DNA of 61,860 nucleotides, counting the filler, from Asterionella formosa (Eukaryota), in the NCBI GenBank assembly GCA_002256025.1. It is 9 parts of 9 records of this genome, joined end to end, with 100 filler letters (N's around TTAATTAATTAA, not from the genome) between each part and the next. Parts side by side here need not be neighbours in the genome. Positions count along the whole stretch, not along the records: positions 1 to 6,802 come from NKIB01012605.1; positions 6,903 to 13,698 come from NKIB01012606.1; 7 more parts are not named here. The stretch is one strand, 5' to 3'. The notes below the pieces were generated by a model. The model searched no databases, had not been told where the DNA came from, and worked only from the letters and a program-made list of their open reading frames with translations. How positions within the stretch are numbered: the first letter of the stretch is position 1; each line of letters begins with the position of its first letter. The position numbers were made by a program, and so were the translations under genes. Of the stretch, positions 1 through 10,536 are shown piece by piece.

Positions 1-7
1 TACCACC

Positions 8-436
8 ATGAAGCTTTCTGTTATCGCCACCCTCCTTCTCTCTGCTCTCTTCTCTGCCGTTTCTGTTGAAGGTTACGGCAACTTCTTTACCATCTTGAAT
101 CCTGGCCAACTCACTACGACTTGCACAGGCTCCGTCTCCATTGGAAATGGAGTTTTCACCCTCAGTGGGACCAGTCTCTGTGTGAAATCTATTGTCGGTG
201 GACTTACTGGTCCTCAGACTAGTGCTAAAATTTACGGCCCTGCAGCAATTGGGTCTGCTTCCTCTGTTGCTGTTGCCACACTTCCGCTTACTGGAGTCAA
301 GAACACTTGTGTCACCCTTTCTTCTTCCGCAGTCACAAGTCTCAATGCAGGAAAGCTTTTTATTTCCATTGCCACTTCGGGCTGCTCCTCCGGAGAGACC
401 CGTGGACAGATCTTGCCTGTCACCAAGCTCGGTTAA
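8..436 (+). CDS. Small secreted CHRD-domain protein (divergent)
   Basis: Signal peptide MKLSVIATLLLSALFSAVSVEG; CHRD-like motifs GLTGPQTSAKIYGPAA and LNAGKLFISIAT...GETRGQI. Confidence 0.75.
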   Translation: MKLSVIATLLLSALFSAVSVEGYGNFFTILNPGQLTTTCTGSVSIGNGVFTLSGTSLCVKSIVGGLTGPQTSAKIYGPAAIGSASSVAVATLPLTGVKNTCVTLSSSAVTSLNAGKLFISIATSGCSSGETRGQILPVTKLG

Positions 437-1368
437 ACGTAAATCACAGGATCAATGCATGAGGAACACTTGATGACAATATATAATCCTTTTTGTTGTT
501 GGCGTAACTCTAAATCAATTGTTACTTTTCTGAAATTCAATTTAGAAGACACAAGGAGCAAGCTTAGTACTACTGTTTCTATCAATCGAGTTATCTTAAA
601 TGAATGTATGATTTACTCTATTCATAAACCAGTCAGTGCCTTGTAGTAATGTTCTGAGAGTCATTTTGTGGACCCACTCAGGCTATATAGTAGTTATCAT
701 TTGTCGAGCTCGCAACATTTGTACCTGTTGTCAAATACCATAAGCAAGAATATGGATCTTGTCACCATTGTGTCCTTGTAGTTCTTTCTCTTTCCATACA
801 GTAGTAACCATGTCAAAACCTCTTCTTTGCCAGCACTGTCTACAAAATTGATAAAGTATCCAATTTCAGAACTGGTCCATTTGTTTTATTACGGAAATGT
901 ACCACCCTAAAAACTGATGGGTCATCCTTATTTTATTTACCCTTGTACATATATACTGGTATGTTACTTACGTGGTGGACATTGTGTAGGTCTTGGTTTG
1001 CTTCGAATCAGTCAAAATATCGATCCTCGAGTCGACTCGAGTCGACTCGTAGGATTCCCATGTATGGTGTGCCATGAGATCCTATATATACATAAAACCT
1101 CAATAAAAAAAGTACATAGGCAACTTCACAATAAAAAAAATAGAAATCATGACACCGGCAGTTGTCTCACAACAACAACAACAAGAACAATGAATTCTTG
1201 AACCTTTTGTTGGCAAACCAAAAAGGGAATAATCCCTTTATCCACCACCACTACCACTACACACTAAACATGAGATATCTTCTTCAAACAAGCCTCGTGA
1301 ACGAGAATCGACGACGGCAACAACAAGAAGAACAAGAAGAAGAATGGTCCGAGCGGAATGGGAATCGA

Positions 1369-3817
1369 ATGATCAAACGCCAGCAGAAGCTGCAGCAGCG
1401 GCTGCTGCTGCTATGGTCGTTTCTGCTGTTATGGGGGATAAAGCAAAATGTGTCGGAAGCATATATGATTCCCATCATCAGACGACGAATTACCATGTCA
1501 TCATCACGGCGTAGTCCTGTTACTACGACGACTGTCATGTTCATGGAAGCAGAGAATCAGAATACCTCCCCTCAAGAAGACAACATTACCGGTATTAGGA
1601 CTAGTAGTACTAGTATCACAGCACCCTCCTATTATACAAACAAAATGACTCCAATGCCAATCCTGGGATATGATTCCAACGCCATTATTGACTTTTATGA
1701 CAAGCGACCATGGGAAGTTGGATGGAGACTCAATTCTCTGGGCCTGCCCCTGTTGGGATGGTATTTTGGTTTGCTCTCTGACAAGGCCTTGGGGATTGAC
1801 GAGAGGGAAGCGGTACAAAGGAAACGAGGAGAGGAACTTAGGATGCATTTGGTACGATCGAGGAGTGTGGCTCTCATCAAGTCGGGACAAGCGCTCAGTC
1901 TACGACCAGATCTGATCAAAAACAAAATATGGGCGGATGAATTGGGGAAACTAGTGGATGCTGTGGGGGCCTTTCCAGATGACGCCGCTATGCATATTAT
2001 GATCAAGGAACTGGCGGACCTATCTCCGCGTCTCAAGGTGGCAAACATTCCATCAACATTAAAGAGAAAGAAGAAAATGTCCAAAGTCGAAGAAATTGTT
2101 GCACGAGACCCTGTTTTAAACCTATTTGAGTTTTATAACGACAATAAAGCTGTAGCGTCAGCGTCAATCGGTCAAGTGTACAAAGCGCGCATCCGAAGAG
2201 GCCGTCAGCTGGAGGCAGCAATTGGTAACAAGGAAGCAGCAAAATGGGGAGGAAAAATTGTTGCCGTGAAGGTACAGCGCCCTGATGCAGCAGCATCTGC
2301 ATCGTTGGATATGTACCTACTCCGACGTGCTGCCATGTGGTTGTCCAAATTTAGAGGTGGGGACTTACCTGGCATTGTGGATCAGTTTGCCATGCAACTA
2401 TTTGGGGAGTTGGACTATAAACGTGAAGCAAACAATTGTGAGCGATTTCGTCAACTCTATGGACACTGGGACAATGTACAAGTACCACAAGCGTGCAATG
2501 CGTTGACTCGAGGAAAGGTTCTTGTCATGGAATGGGTGGATGGTGTCAAGGGACCTTGGCCTGCCAAGCAAGGTGCTGAAATGGTACGAACAGGGTTGAA
2601 ATGCTCAGTAGATCAGCTCATGAGCTCGGGTCTCTTCCATGCAGATCCACATCGAGGGAACTTACTCAGAACTCCGGAGGGCAAGCTGGCCATGATTGAC
2701 TTTGGTATGATGGCTGACGTTAGCGAAGAGGAACGTTATGGATTGGTGGCGCTTGTCATTGGGATCCAAAACAAGGACTTGCCCCTCATCACAGAAAACT
2801 TGGTCAAGGTATGTACATTCAAATTGGTGCTAGTTGTTGATAACAATTCATTCATTAACTTTCATGCTTTTTCCTTAGCTGGGATTTTTGAGTGACACAA
2901 CTCAAATCAATCAATTGGTCCCCCGTTTGCGAGCAGCACTGCGGAATGCCACTGGTGGAAGTGGCAAGGCATCGGATGTCAACTTTGCCCAGCTTCAAGC
3001 AGAGCTAGATGCTATCAGTCAAGAAAATGTGCTGAAATTCTCCACTCCCCCTTTTTTCACTGTTATTATCCGTAGTCTGACAATTTTGGAAGGAATGGCC
3101 TGGAGTGTGGACCCAAAGTTTCGGCTGGTACGTGGATCTTATCCATATGTACTTAGACAACTGCTATCGCCAAAAAACCAGAACTCCACTCCAGTGGCCT
3201 TGCAGAATTTGTTAATTCGATTGTTGACTGTCAATGGGGAAGAACGTGAAATTGAATGGATGCGTCTCCGAGATTTTCTTCGGCTTGCCCAAAAAGCGGC
3301 CAGTTCGTATGACCCCTCTAGGGATGATGCTGAAGACAGGGCGAGTCTATCAAGACAGACCATTGAATTATTTTTCAAATTCCTTACTAGCCGAACAGGC
3401 CTATTCCTGAAAAAGCCCCTTGTTCACGAACTGGCAGAGGCGATTGATGGTATGGCAAGTATTGGTGAAGCCAACCTTGTTCGGTTCACCAGAGGTATGC
3501 TACCACAGTTACCAGGTATGAATGGACCAGTGAACACACGACGAATGGATGAACTGAAACTACTTGTAGATACATTTCAAGATGCCATTGTAGTGAATCA
3601 GGGTGGAACTCAAGGCCGTGCTCGAATGGATGGCATTGCGGAGCTCTTTCGAGAAGTTGTCTTGTTGTTGAATGATGATCGAATCCGAGAAGATGCAGGA
3701 CCCATGCTGGCTGAGATTCAGTCTGTGTTTCAATTGGTAGCATTGGAGGTTTTAGAAATTCGAGGGTCTAGAGCCATGAGGTCAGTATTAAGATTGGGTG
3801 GATTTCCTTCCTCCTAA
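1369..3817 (+). CDS. ABC1/UbiB-family atypical kinase, probably plastid-targeted; 2 exons, intron 2809-2878; start could instead be ATG 1270
   Basis: Motifs IKSGQALSLRPD, ASASIGQVYKA, VAVKVQRP, ELDYKREA, FHADPHRGN, DFGMM, PPFFTVIIRSLTILEG. The GTATGT...TTAG intron joins the two ORFs in frame (VK|LGFLSD). Hydrophobic leader ends in SEA-YMIP. Confidence 0.9.
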
Positions 3818-4293
3818 AGTGGGGAGGAGGAAGTGGATGGAAGTGATTGCAAGAGCAAGGACTGGCAGAAAGCCAAAGCTTGATAGTAACCATGAACTTT
3901 AGAAGAATATTTGCTGGAATGAATCAGCACTGCTGATCAACAAAGTTTATTAAAAATTATTGAGTTTGACACGTTGCTGGGTGCATGATTGAAGAACATA
4001 TAGTACATGGCTGTCATATAGGCCTGGTACACAAACCATTATTTCTAAAAATATAGCTAAACATTTTTGTGGAATGAAACTCTTGTTGTCCCAGCAACCA
4101 TCACCATGTTGATTGCACTCAGTTGGTTCCCTTTGCTTCCCTTCAGTGCCATGCATTAGGACCATGATCATACTGCCAATCAGAAACCAAACCGTCAAAA
4201 CAGATGACATCAAACTTTCAGTTGTTTGGACGATATTTTTCATTGGTGATGGCAGAGTCATTGGATTCCAGCCAACCTCCTCATTCACTACAT

Positions 4294-4516
4294 TTTTTAC
4301 AAATTTTTTATATTACATTTAAAGTATCCAATAATTATTCTTGGGCCCAAATATATGAACACAATTAGTACCTGTTTTATTTGTCGGTACAGTACAACAG
4401 GGCCTGTCAGCCACATCACCCAAAACACTAGGGACTACATGAAAAAGACAGGTGGAGAATGCAGGAATTGAACCTGCCACTGCAGAAGGGTGTGCTAACC
4501 ACTAAGCCAATTCCCC
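4294..4516 (-). mobile_element. tRNA-Ala-derived SINE (~223 bp) with 21-bp target-site duplication
   Basis: Minus-strand head 4516-4453 has A box TGGCTTAGTGG, T-arm GCAGG-TTCAATT-CCTGC and acceptor stem GGGGAAT/ATTCTCC with G3:U70; anticodon arm is collapsed. 3' tail is A-rich. Identical flanks CAACCTCCTCATTCACTACAT at 4273-4293 and 4517-4537. Confidence 0.8.
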
Positions 4517-5461
4517 CAACCTCCTCATTCACTACATGAACCAACAATGCAACATTGGAAGTGAGATGTTATTAAATACGCAAACATTGATGACATACTA
4601 CATGAACAAGTGCTACCCTTCAAAATCCTTTGAACCCAGTAACAATAGAATCACTATTCCAAGTGGCACAGTGGTGGACTTCGCTCTGTAAAGCCAAACC
4701 ACTTTCAAGTCAAGAGCATCTGTTACAACCTATTTTTCTTTTCTGAAAATGGTTCTCCTGCTCCTTTGTTTCCAGAGAACAGTATTGAAGCTTGTNNNNN
4801 NNNNNNNNNNNNNNNNNNNNNNNNNNNNNNNNNNNNNNNNNNNNNNNNNNNNNNNNNNNNNNNNNNNNNNNNNNNNNNNNNNNNNNNNNNNNNNNNNNNN
4901 NNNNNNNNNNNNNNNNNNNNNNNNNNNNNNNNNNNNNNNNNNNNNNNNNNNNNNNNNNNNNNNNNNNNNNNNNNNNNNNNNNNNNNNNNNNNNNNNNNNN
5001 NNNNNNNNNNNNNNNNNNNNNNNNNNNNNNNNNNNNNNNNNNNNNNNNNNNNNNNNNNNNNNNNNNNNNNNNNNNNNNNNNNNNNNNNNNNNNNNNNNNN
5101 NNNNNNNNNNNNNNNNNNNNNNNNNNNNNNNNNNNNNNNNNNNNNNNNNNNNNNNNNNNNNNNNNNNNNNNNNNNNNNNNNNNNNNNNNNNNNNNNNNNN
5201 NNNNNNNNNNNNNNNNNNNNNNNNNNNNNNNNNNNNNNNNNNNNNNNNNNNNNNNNNNNNNNNNNNNNNNNNNNNNNNNNNNNNNNNNNNNNNNNNNNNN
5301 NNCTTCAGCACAATTTCCGCAAGCAACTTGGCTGCTGGGTATGTTCTTTTGCATAAACAACAACTGATACTAAGACAATGCTTCCTATACCAGTACTTCC
5401 ATAGGATTAGTCGTACCATGTGATACATGCACATGCCCAGCCCTAGAGGGCATGGTGAAAC

Positions 5462-6748
5462 CTAAGATGTTAACACTTCAAGTGCATCTAATCCTAAGGG
5501 TTGCAGATCAGCATTAGATGAATGAGTTTTCAATGCAGAGAGAATCGTAGCAATACCTCTTTCTTCAGTAATCTTCAACTTGTTGATGTCATTCAAAGCC
5601 AAGTTAAAAAGTGCTGCACAACCATAGTGTTGCACATCAACCTTAGATAAATGAGTTCTCATCGCAGACAGAATCGTAGCAATACCTCCTTCATCAAAAA
5701 TCGTCACCTTGTTGATGTCATTCACAGCCAAGTTACTAAGTGCTGCACAACCATAGTGTTGCAAATTAGAATTGGATAAATGATTCTCCATCACTTTGCA
5801 AACCCTTCTTATAGCTTTTTTAGAAGTCGTCAACATAATGTCGTCATTATCCCAAGCCCTGCTCCAATACTCTGCACCGCCGTCATTATGCCAAGCCAAG
5901 CTCCAAAGTGCTGCACAACCGTATTCTTGGACATAAGAATTGTAAGAATGTTTCTCCATCGCAGACAGAATCTTAGTGATACATCCTTCTTCCGTAATCA
6001 TCCTCTTGTTGTTGCCATTCACAGCCAAGTTTATAAGTGCTTCGCAACCCTAGTGTTGTACATAAGCATTAGATAAATTAGTTGCCATCACAGACAGAAT
6101 CGTAGTGATACCTCTTGCTCCAGCAATTATCTCCTTGTTGTCGTCATTCTAAGCCAAGTTACAAAGTGCTGCACAACCATGGTGTTGCACATCCTCATTG
6201 GAGGATTTTGTCGTCATCGCAGACAGAATCGTAGTGATACCTCCTGCTTGAGCAATCGTCACCTTGTTGTCGTCATTTTTAGAAGACAAGTTCCGAAGTG
6301 CTGCACAACCTTGGTGTTGCACATCAGCATTGGAGAGATGATTTGTCATCGCATACAGAATCATAGTGATACCTCCTTTTTCAGCAATCTTCACCTTGTT
6401 GATCGGTACCAAAGCCAACTGAGCAAGATCCTTAAGACTAGCGAGAACCTCGCTTTTACTATGCATTATTCTAATCTTTGATACATTTTCATCAATCGGA
6501 GAAACAGTGACAGTGTCAATCTCTGGAGCAGGAGGCCCTTGGGTATTCCTACGTTCATAATCGCAATTAGAGCAGCTGCCTAGCAAAGTCTTCCAACCTC
6601 CAATCACATTCCTTTGGCGAAGCAGAACGTCTTGGTGACGATGACAGACATGCAATCCATTCCTAATGAGCTCAGCTTGTACGCCATGCTCATTCATAAT
6701 TGGAGCATCATGGCGGGTAGGGGCGTATGAACCACTGAAAGTCGCCAT
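5462..6748 (-). pseudogene. Armadillo-repeat protein with N-terminal Cys/His motif; two in-frame TAG codons (~6149-6151, ~6051-6053)
   Basis: Tandem ~42-aa repeats GGIxxILSAMxxHxSNxxVQxxGCAALxNLA continue in one frame from 6748 to 5462; the two ORF-track pieces are separated only by two TAG codons. Confidence 0.7.
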
Positions 6749-6802
6749 GTTTGGTTTGATCTCGTTGATTTGGTTGTTTTATGGCATGTGACATGGTCGT
6801 TT

Positions 6803-6902
6803 NNNNNNNNNNNNNNNNNNNNNNNNNNNNNNNNNNNNNNNNNNNNTTAATTAATTAANNNNNNNNNNNNNNNNNNNNNNNNNNNNNNNNNNNNNNNNNN
6901 NN
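6803..6902. other. Artificial contig linker N44-TTAATTAATTAA-N44; also at 13699-13798, 20580-20679, 27475-27574, 34367-34466, 41245-41344, 48122-48221, 54999-55098
   Basis: Identical 100-nt spacer whose core gives stops in all six frames, recurring about every 6.88 kb. Confidence 0.97.
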
Positions 6903-7564
6903 AGTCTTGAAACAAGCTAATTATTTATATAGCTTCAGCTTCTCCTATGTGTTGAAAAAGTCATGCAGGCTCAATGGGGTAAAACTGATTTGGACCAAAA
7001 ACCGTCGACAGCCAATTTTGGGCTACTATAACTAAAGAACTGGTACGAGATTGCAGTGTTCAAGTACGAACAATGCTGTTCCTTATATGCACAGGAAGGA
7101 CTTTGTCTAATACAGATTTAGAATATTACAAATACTCGTCTCAAACCGTGTGATTACCCCGTTTTGTTATGACTATCAGTACAAAACTGAAAGTTTGAAT
7201 GACTCAAAGTTTTTAGGTGGTACCAGGTACCTCCTGACCCAAGAAGGTGGGGTTACAGAGTGAGGTACCAGGTACTTATATCTGGTACCTGGTACCAGTA
7301 ATCTATTGGGTCTGACCATTTTTTATCCTAGACATTACTCAATCTCTTCTCCAGTTACTGGATAAACACTTGCTTGTTGTGTCCGTCTTTCCAGTTTGGT
7401 TGCAATACTCAGCTCAGTTTATATATGCCTAAAATACTAACCCCTACTACCAATTCTACGTCAAAAAAATAAAATGCCCTCATCTGCACTTGATTACGTT
7501 GACCCGAAAAGAGAAGTCAAGATTGTGATTTGCGCTTACTCGTTGCCTCGTATGAAATCCTTTT

Positions 7565-8305
7565 TCATTTGCTCAAATGAACGCCCATGTCAACTTTGAT
7601 CAAAGAAAAGTCATCCTTCTGTGTTCTTCCAAAGGCTTCCATATGATTCATAATAGGACAAGACTGTCCACAATTTTGCTGAGTAAACTTGACATTGGTA
7701 CTTCCCCCCAAATACTTTCTCGTGTCGACGTGAAACAGTCGGACAGTAAATCCCTGCCTCCAAATTCCATCATGTCCCGGCTGCACACATTCCACCACCC
7801 AATCATCTCCACCGTCCCCTACACCGTTCTCACCAAAGCCGGATACTTCTTGTTGCTTACTGAGGGGCGAAGGAATTCCATGGGTGTGCAAGTTTCGTTT
7901 CGTAGCCAAATGAGTGAGTCTGATAGTACTTCCACATTCCATGGGAGTGCCGGGATCGCATTCGCCTGCTTCGTGGTGTGACTTCCGAAGCCACCAGAGG
8001 GCCGACGCATCCGCCTTGTTAGGAATCCACGTTACAATTTGCTGGCCACTGCCTGATCCGAGGTTTTTGTTTTCCGAAAATAGCCAATTGAGTCCCTTGG
8101 ATTCTACATGAGTTAGTTTAATGGCGGATCCGCATGTGACTGGGTCTGTTGGCGAGGTTGTGAGAAGAAATGCCCGCCTTGCAAGGGGAAACAAATAACG
8201 CTACACGAGCCATGTTGTTTACTCACCACCTGCTCCAGCCAGGATGAAAGTTGGTGCCAACAGGGCGCATGCAATGACAGCCAATAAGTTCAAAGAGAGG
8301 TTCAT
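7565..8305 (-). CDS. SDF2: Stromal cell-derived factor 2-like ER protein (MIR domains); intron 8146-8226
   Basis: Signal exon MNLSLNLLAVIACALLAPTFILAG; GTGAGT...ACAG intron; motifs VTCGSAIKLTH, GSGSGQQIVT, CGSTIRLTHLATKRNLHTH, SPLSKQQEVSGFG, VRLFHVDT. Confidence 0.9.
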
Positions 8306-10536
8306 AGTGGAAGGAAGAATGCAATCGAAAGGTAGTGCGACGTTTTGACAAAAACTGCAGGGACTCTTAAACGATCGATATACCCAGGCACATACCGGTA
8401 AGCCACTAGGCAAGTGGCGGTGAGCATGAAATTCTAGCAAACATGTGTGTTTATGCATACCGGTACTACTACTGTATACCGGTGTGTAAAACATCTGCGT
8501 ACATTGTACACGAAAAAGTGTCCTAGACCGACATCCAGTACCACATGCACCACATCGACGTATCATAGGCGACGCAAGAAAGGCAGAATAAACTTTTTAT
8601 GTGTGGTGAGTCATTTGATAGCTATGATACCGGTACCTGGTACCTGATACCGCTAAAGCTACCGGTATACTGGCATAGCGCATACAAAATAATATGTGAC
8701 AAGTACATACTGAAGAAGGTACAAGGTACCTGGGACAAGGTAAGGTGACTCGCCCGAGCTTGGCGAGTGAATGCGAATGATATCGGTACACAGCCGATGG
8801 GGCTAAATAAATTTCTTCGTATGCAATAAATGTACTGTTACATCAATCTAGATTGCAAATCAGGCTACTGGTATGCATTTGCTTTTCATGCTATTTTGGC
8901 AAGCTTGCTTGCTTGTCATTGTCACAATTGAGCCTAGTTTCCTATGGAAATTTGGCGCATGCAATCTCCCAATCTTGGTGGGATTTCATATGGTGCGGGA
9001 CAAGAGTAATTCCATGGTTGAGTGCTCATGTCAGTTCAGTGCTGCTTGATGAAGGTCACCATAGTACTCAAGAACAAGATTGTGATGGGACAACATGAGA
9101 CCATTTGCTGATTCATGATTAAAGTACTATATTATCCATGTTACTTTTTCTGAAAATAAGGCCTCTTTAAATGGTTTTCATGTGAATTTTAACAGTGAAA
9201 TATTTGAGTTGATTATGGAAATAATTGATGTTAAGAATTGCTTCCCTTGAAAGTTCAACTAATATTCAACTTGGAAGGATAGTTCAAGCATCAATCATTT
9301 TCATAGCGCATTCTTGCTATTCTGTTTCTAGACTTGCCGGCTTTGCTCTCTGTGGCCCATATAAGGTAGGGTGGTGGAAGTCACTTCGATAATACATGCT
9401 ATTTCTGCAAGGAAACATTGTCGATTTTTCATGCGCTGTTTTAAAATCGAACGTTGAACTCGTCACTGGAAATATTGATGACCACAATAATTTTATTGAA
9501 GGTTGAACAAATATTCTATTTTAAAATATAATTCATTTGGAATATGGAACATAAATTTCGAAAAGTAATATTGTCAACACAACAAAACGAAATTTCGGGA
9601 TGATACACCAGAATGCGCCAACATTGACCTTGTCAATTGGTAGCTTGCATTTGTCACTGATTTTTTTAAAGTTAGTATGATTGTATTTATGATCCATTTT
9701 TCGTGTGATCGAGAACAGTCGAAGCATCCTTTTGGAGCTAGCTACCTTGAAGAAATATTCAGTCAAGGAACATCTAGTTTGCTTGATACGTCTGTAGGAA
9801 AAATGAAGAGCCTCACCTTCAAGGAACAACAAACAATTCATTTCAGAGACATGCCGGAGTTGCCATGTTTCAATCGAAACTACATTTCAAAATTACATTT
9901 AGTTTAAAAGGCTTACTCTTTTTGAAAACAATCAAGTAAAACTAAGATTGTCAACTTTATAATATATCCTAAATTGCTTGGACTCCCTCTGTTCTGGTGG
10001 TAGAGTTGCAACCAAACTTGAGGTCACTGCCTCTCATGAAGCGCAAGCTGCAATAATTCTCCAGCTAACCTCCTCTTTCAAAATTAATCCGAATTGAATG
10101 GTGCATATAATATATGTTCTAAGTAGCTAGTATAGAAATAGGTGAACCTGACTCGATTTCTTTACATGTATTAGACCCATGTCTATCTCACACTTACCGA
10201 TCATGTGTATAAGCATTGATCATTCAATTCAAACTGTTCGTCTTCCAAATAGTTTACTGGTATATCGTTTGTCTCATTATTGTCGGAGTAATAACGTGTG
10301 GTTATGATAGCTTGCTACATCAAAGTCGACTCATTCGACTCAATGGACTCATTTGACTTAAAGTCTCAACTACGTAGCGGTAGAACCATATCGTAACAGT
10401 CTACCTGATGGTCGACCACGGGGGAATACATGAGTCTCTACGTGATGGTCGATCACTGGGGAAATACATCTGTCGCCTTGACGGCTGCATTGAGTCTCTC
10501 CACCCCAGGACAACGCAACAATCCACCAGCCGCACC

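Noticed and set aside
4453..4516. Functional tRNA-Ala gene
   Set aside because: Only 64 nt with no anticodon stem, and embedded in a TSD-flanked element; better explained as a SINE head.
4710..5434. Long ORFs of X residues (also 32655-32958 and ORFs touching linkers)
   Set aside because: They only span N gaps (4796-5302, 32723-32864) or linkers.
6029..6151. Genome-wide TAG reassignment
   Set aside because: TAG ends other conserved genes here (RFT1, BT1, SET, aminotransferase) and none has internal TAGs.
6847..6858. TTAATTAATTAA as a periodic biological motif or CRISPR-like repeat
   Set aside because: Always centred in N44 flanks; synthetic six-frame-stop spacer.
8800..10400. Short ORFs in AT-rich intergenic DNA (also 25200-27000, 47276-47755)
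   Set aside because: No recognisable motifs or splice structure; could be old transposon debris but unsupported.
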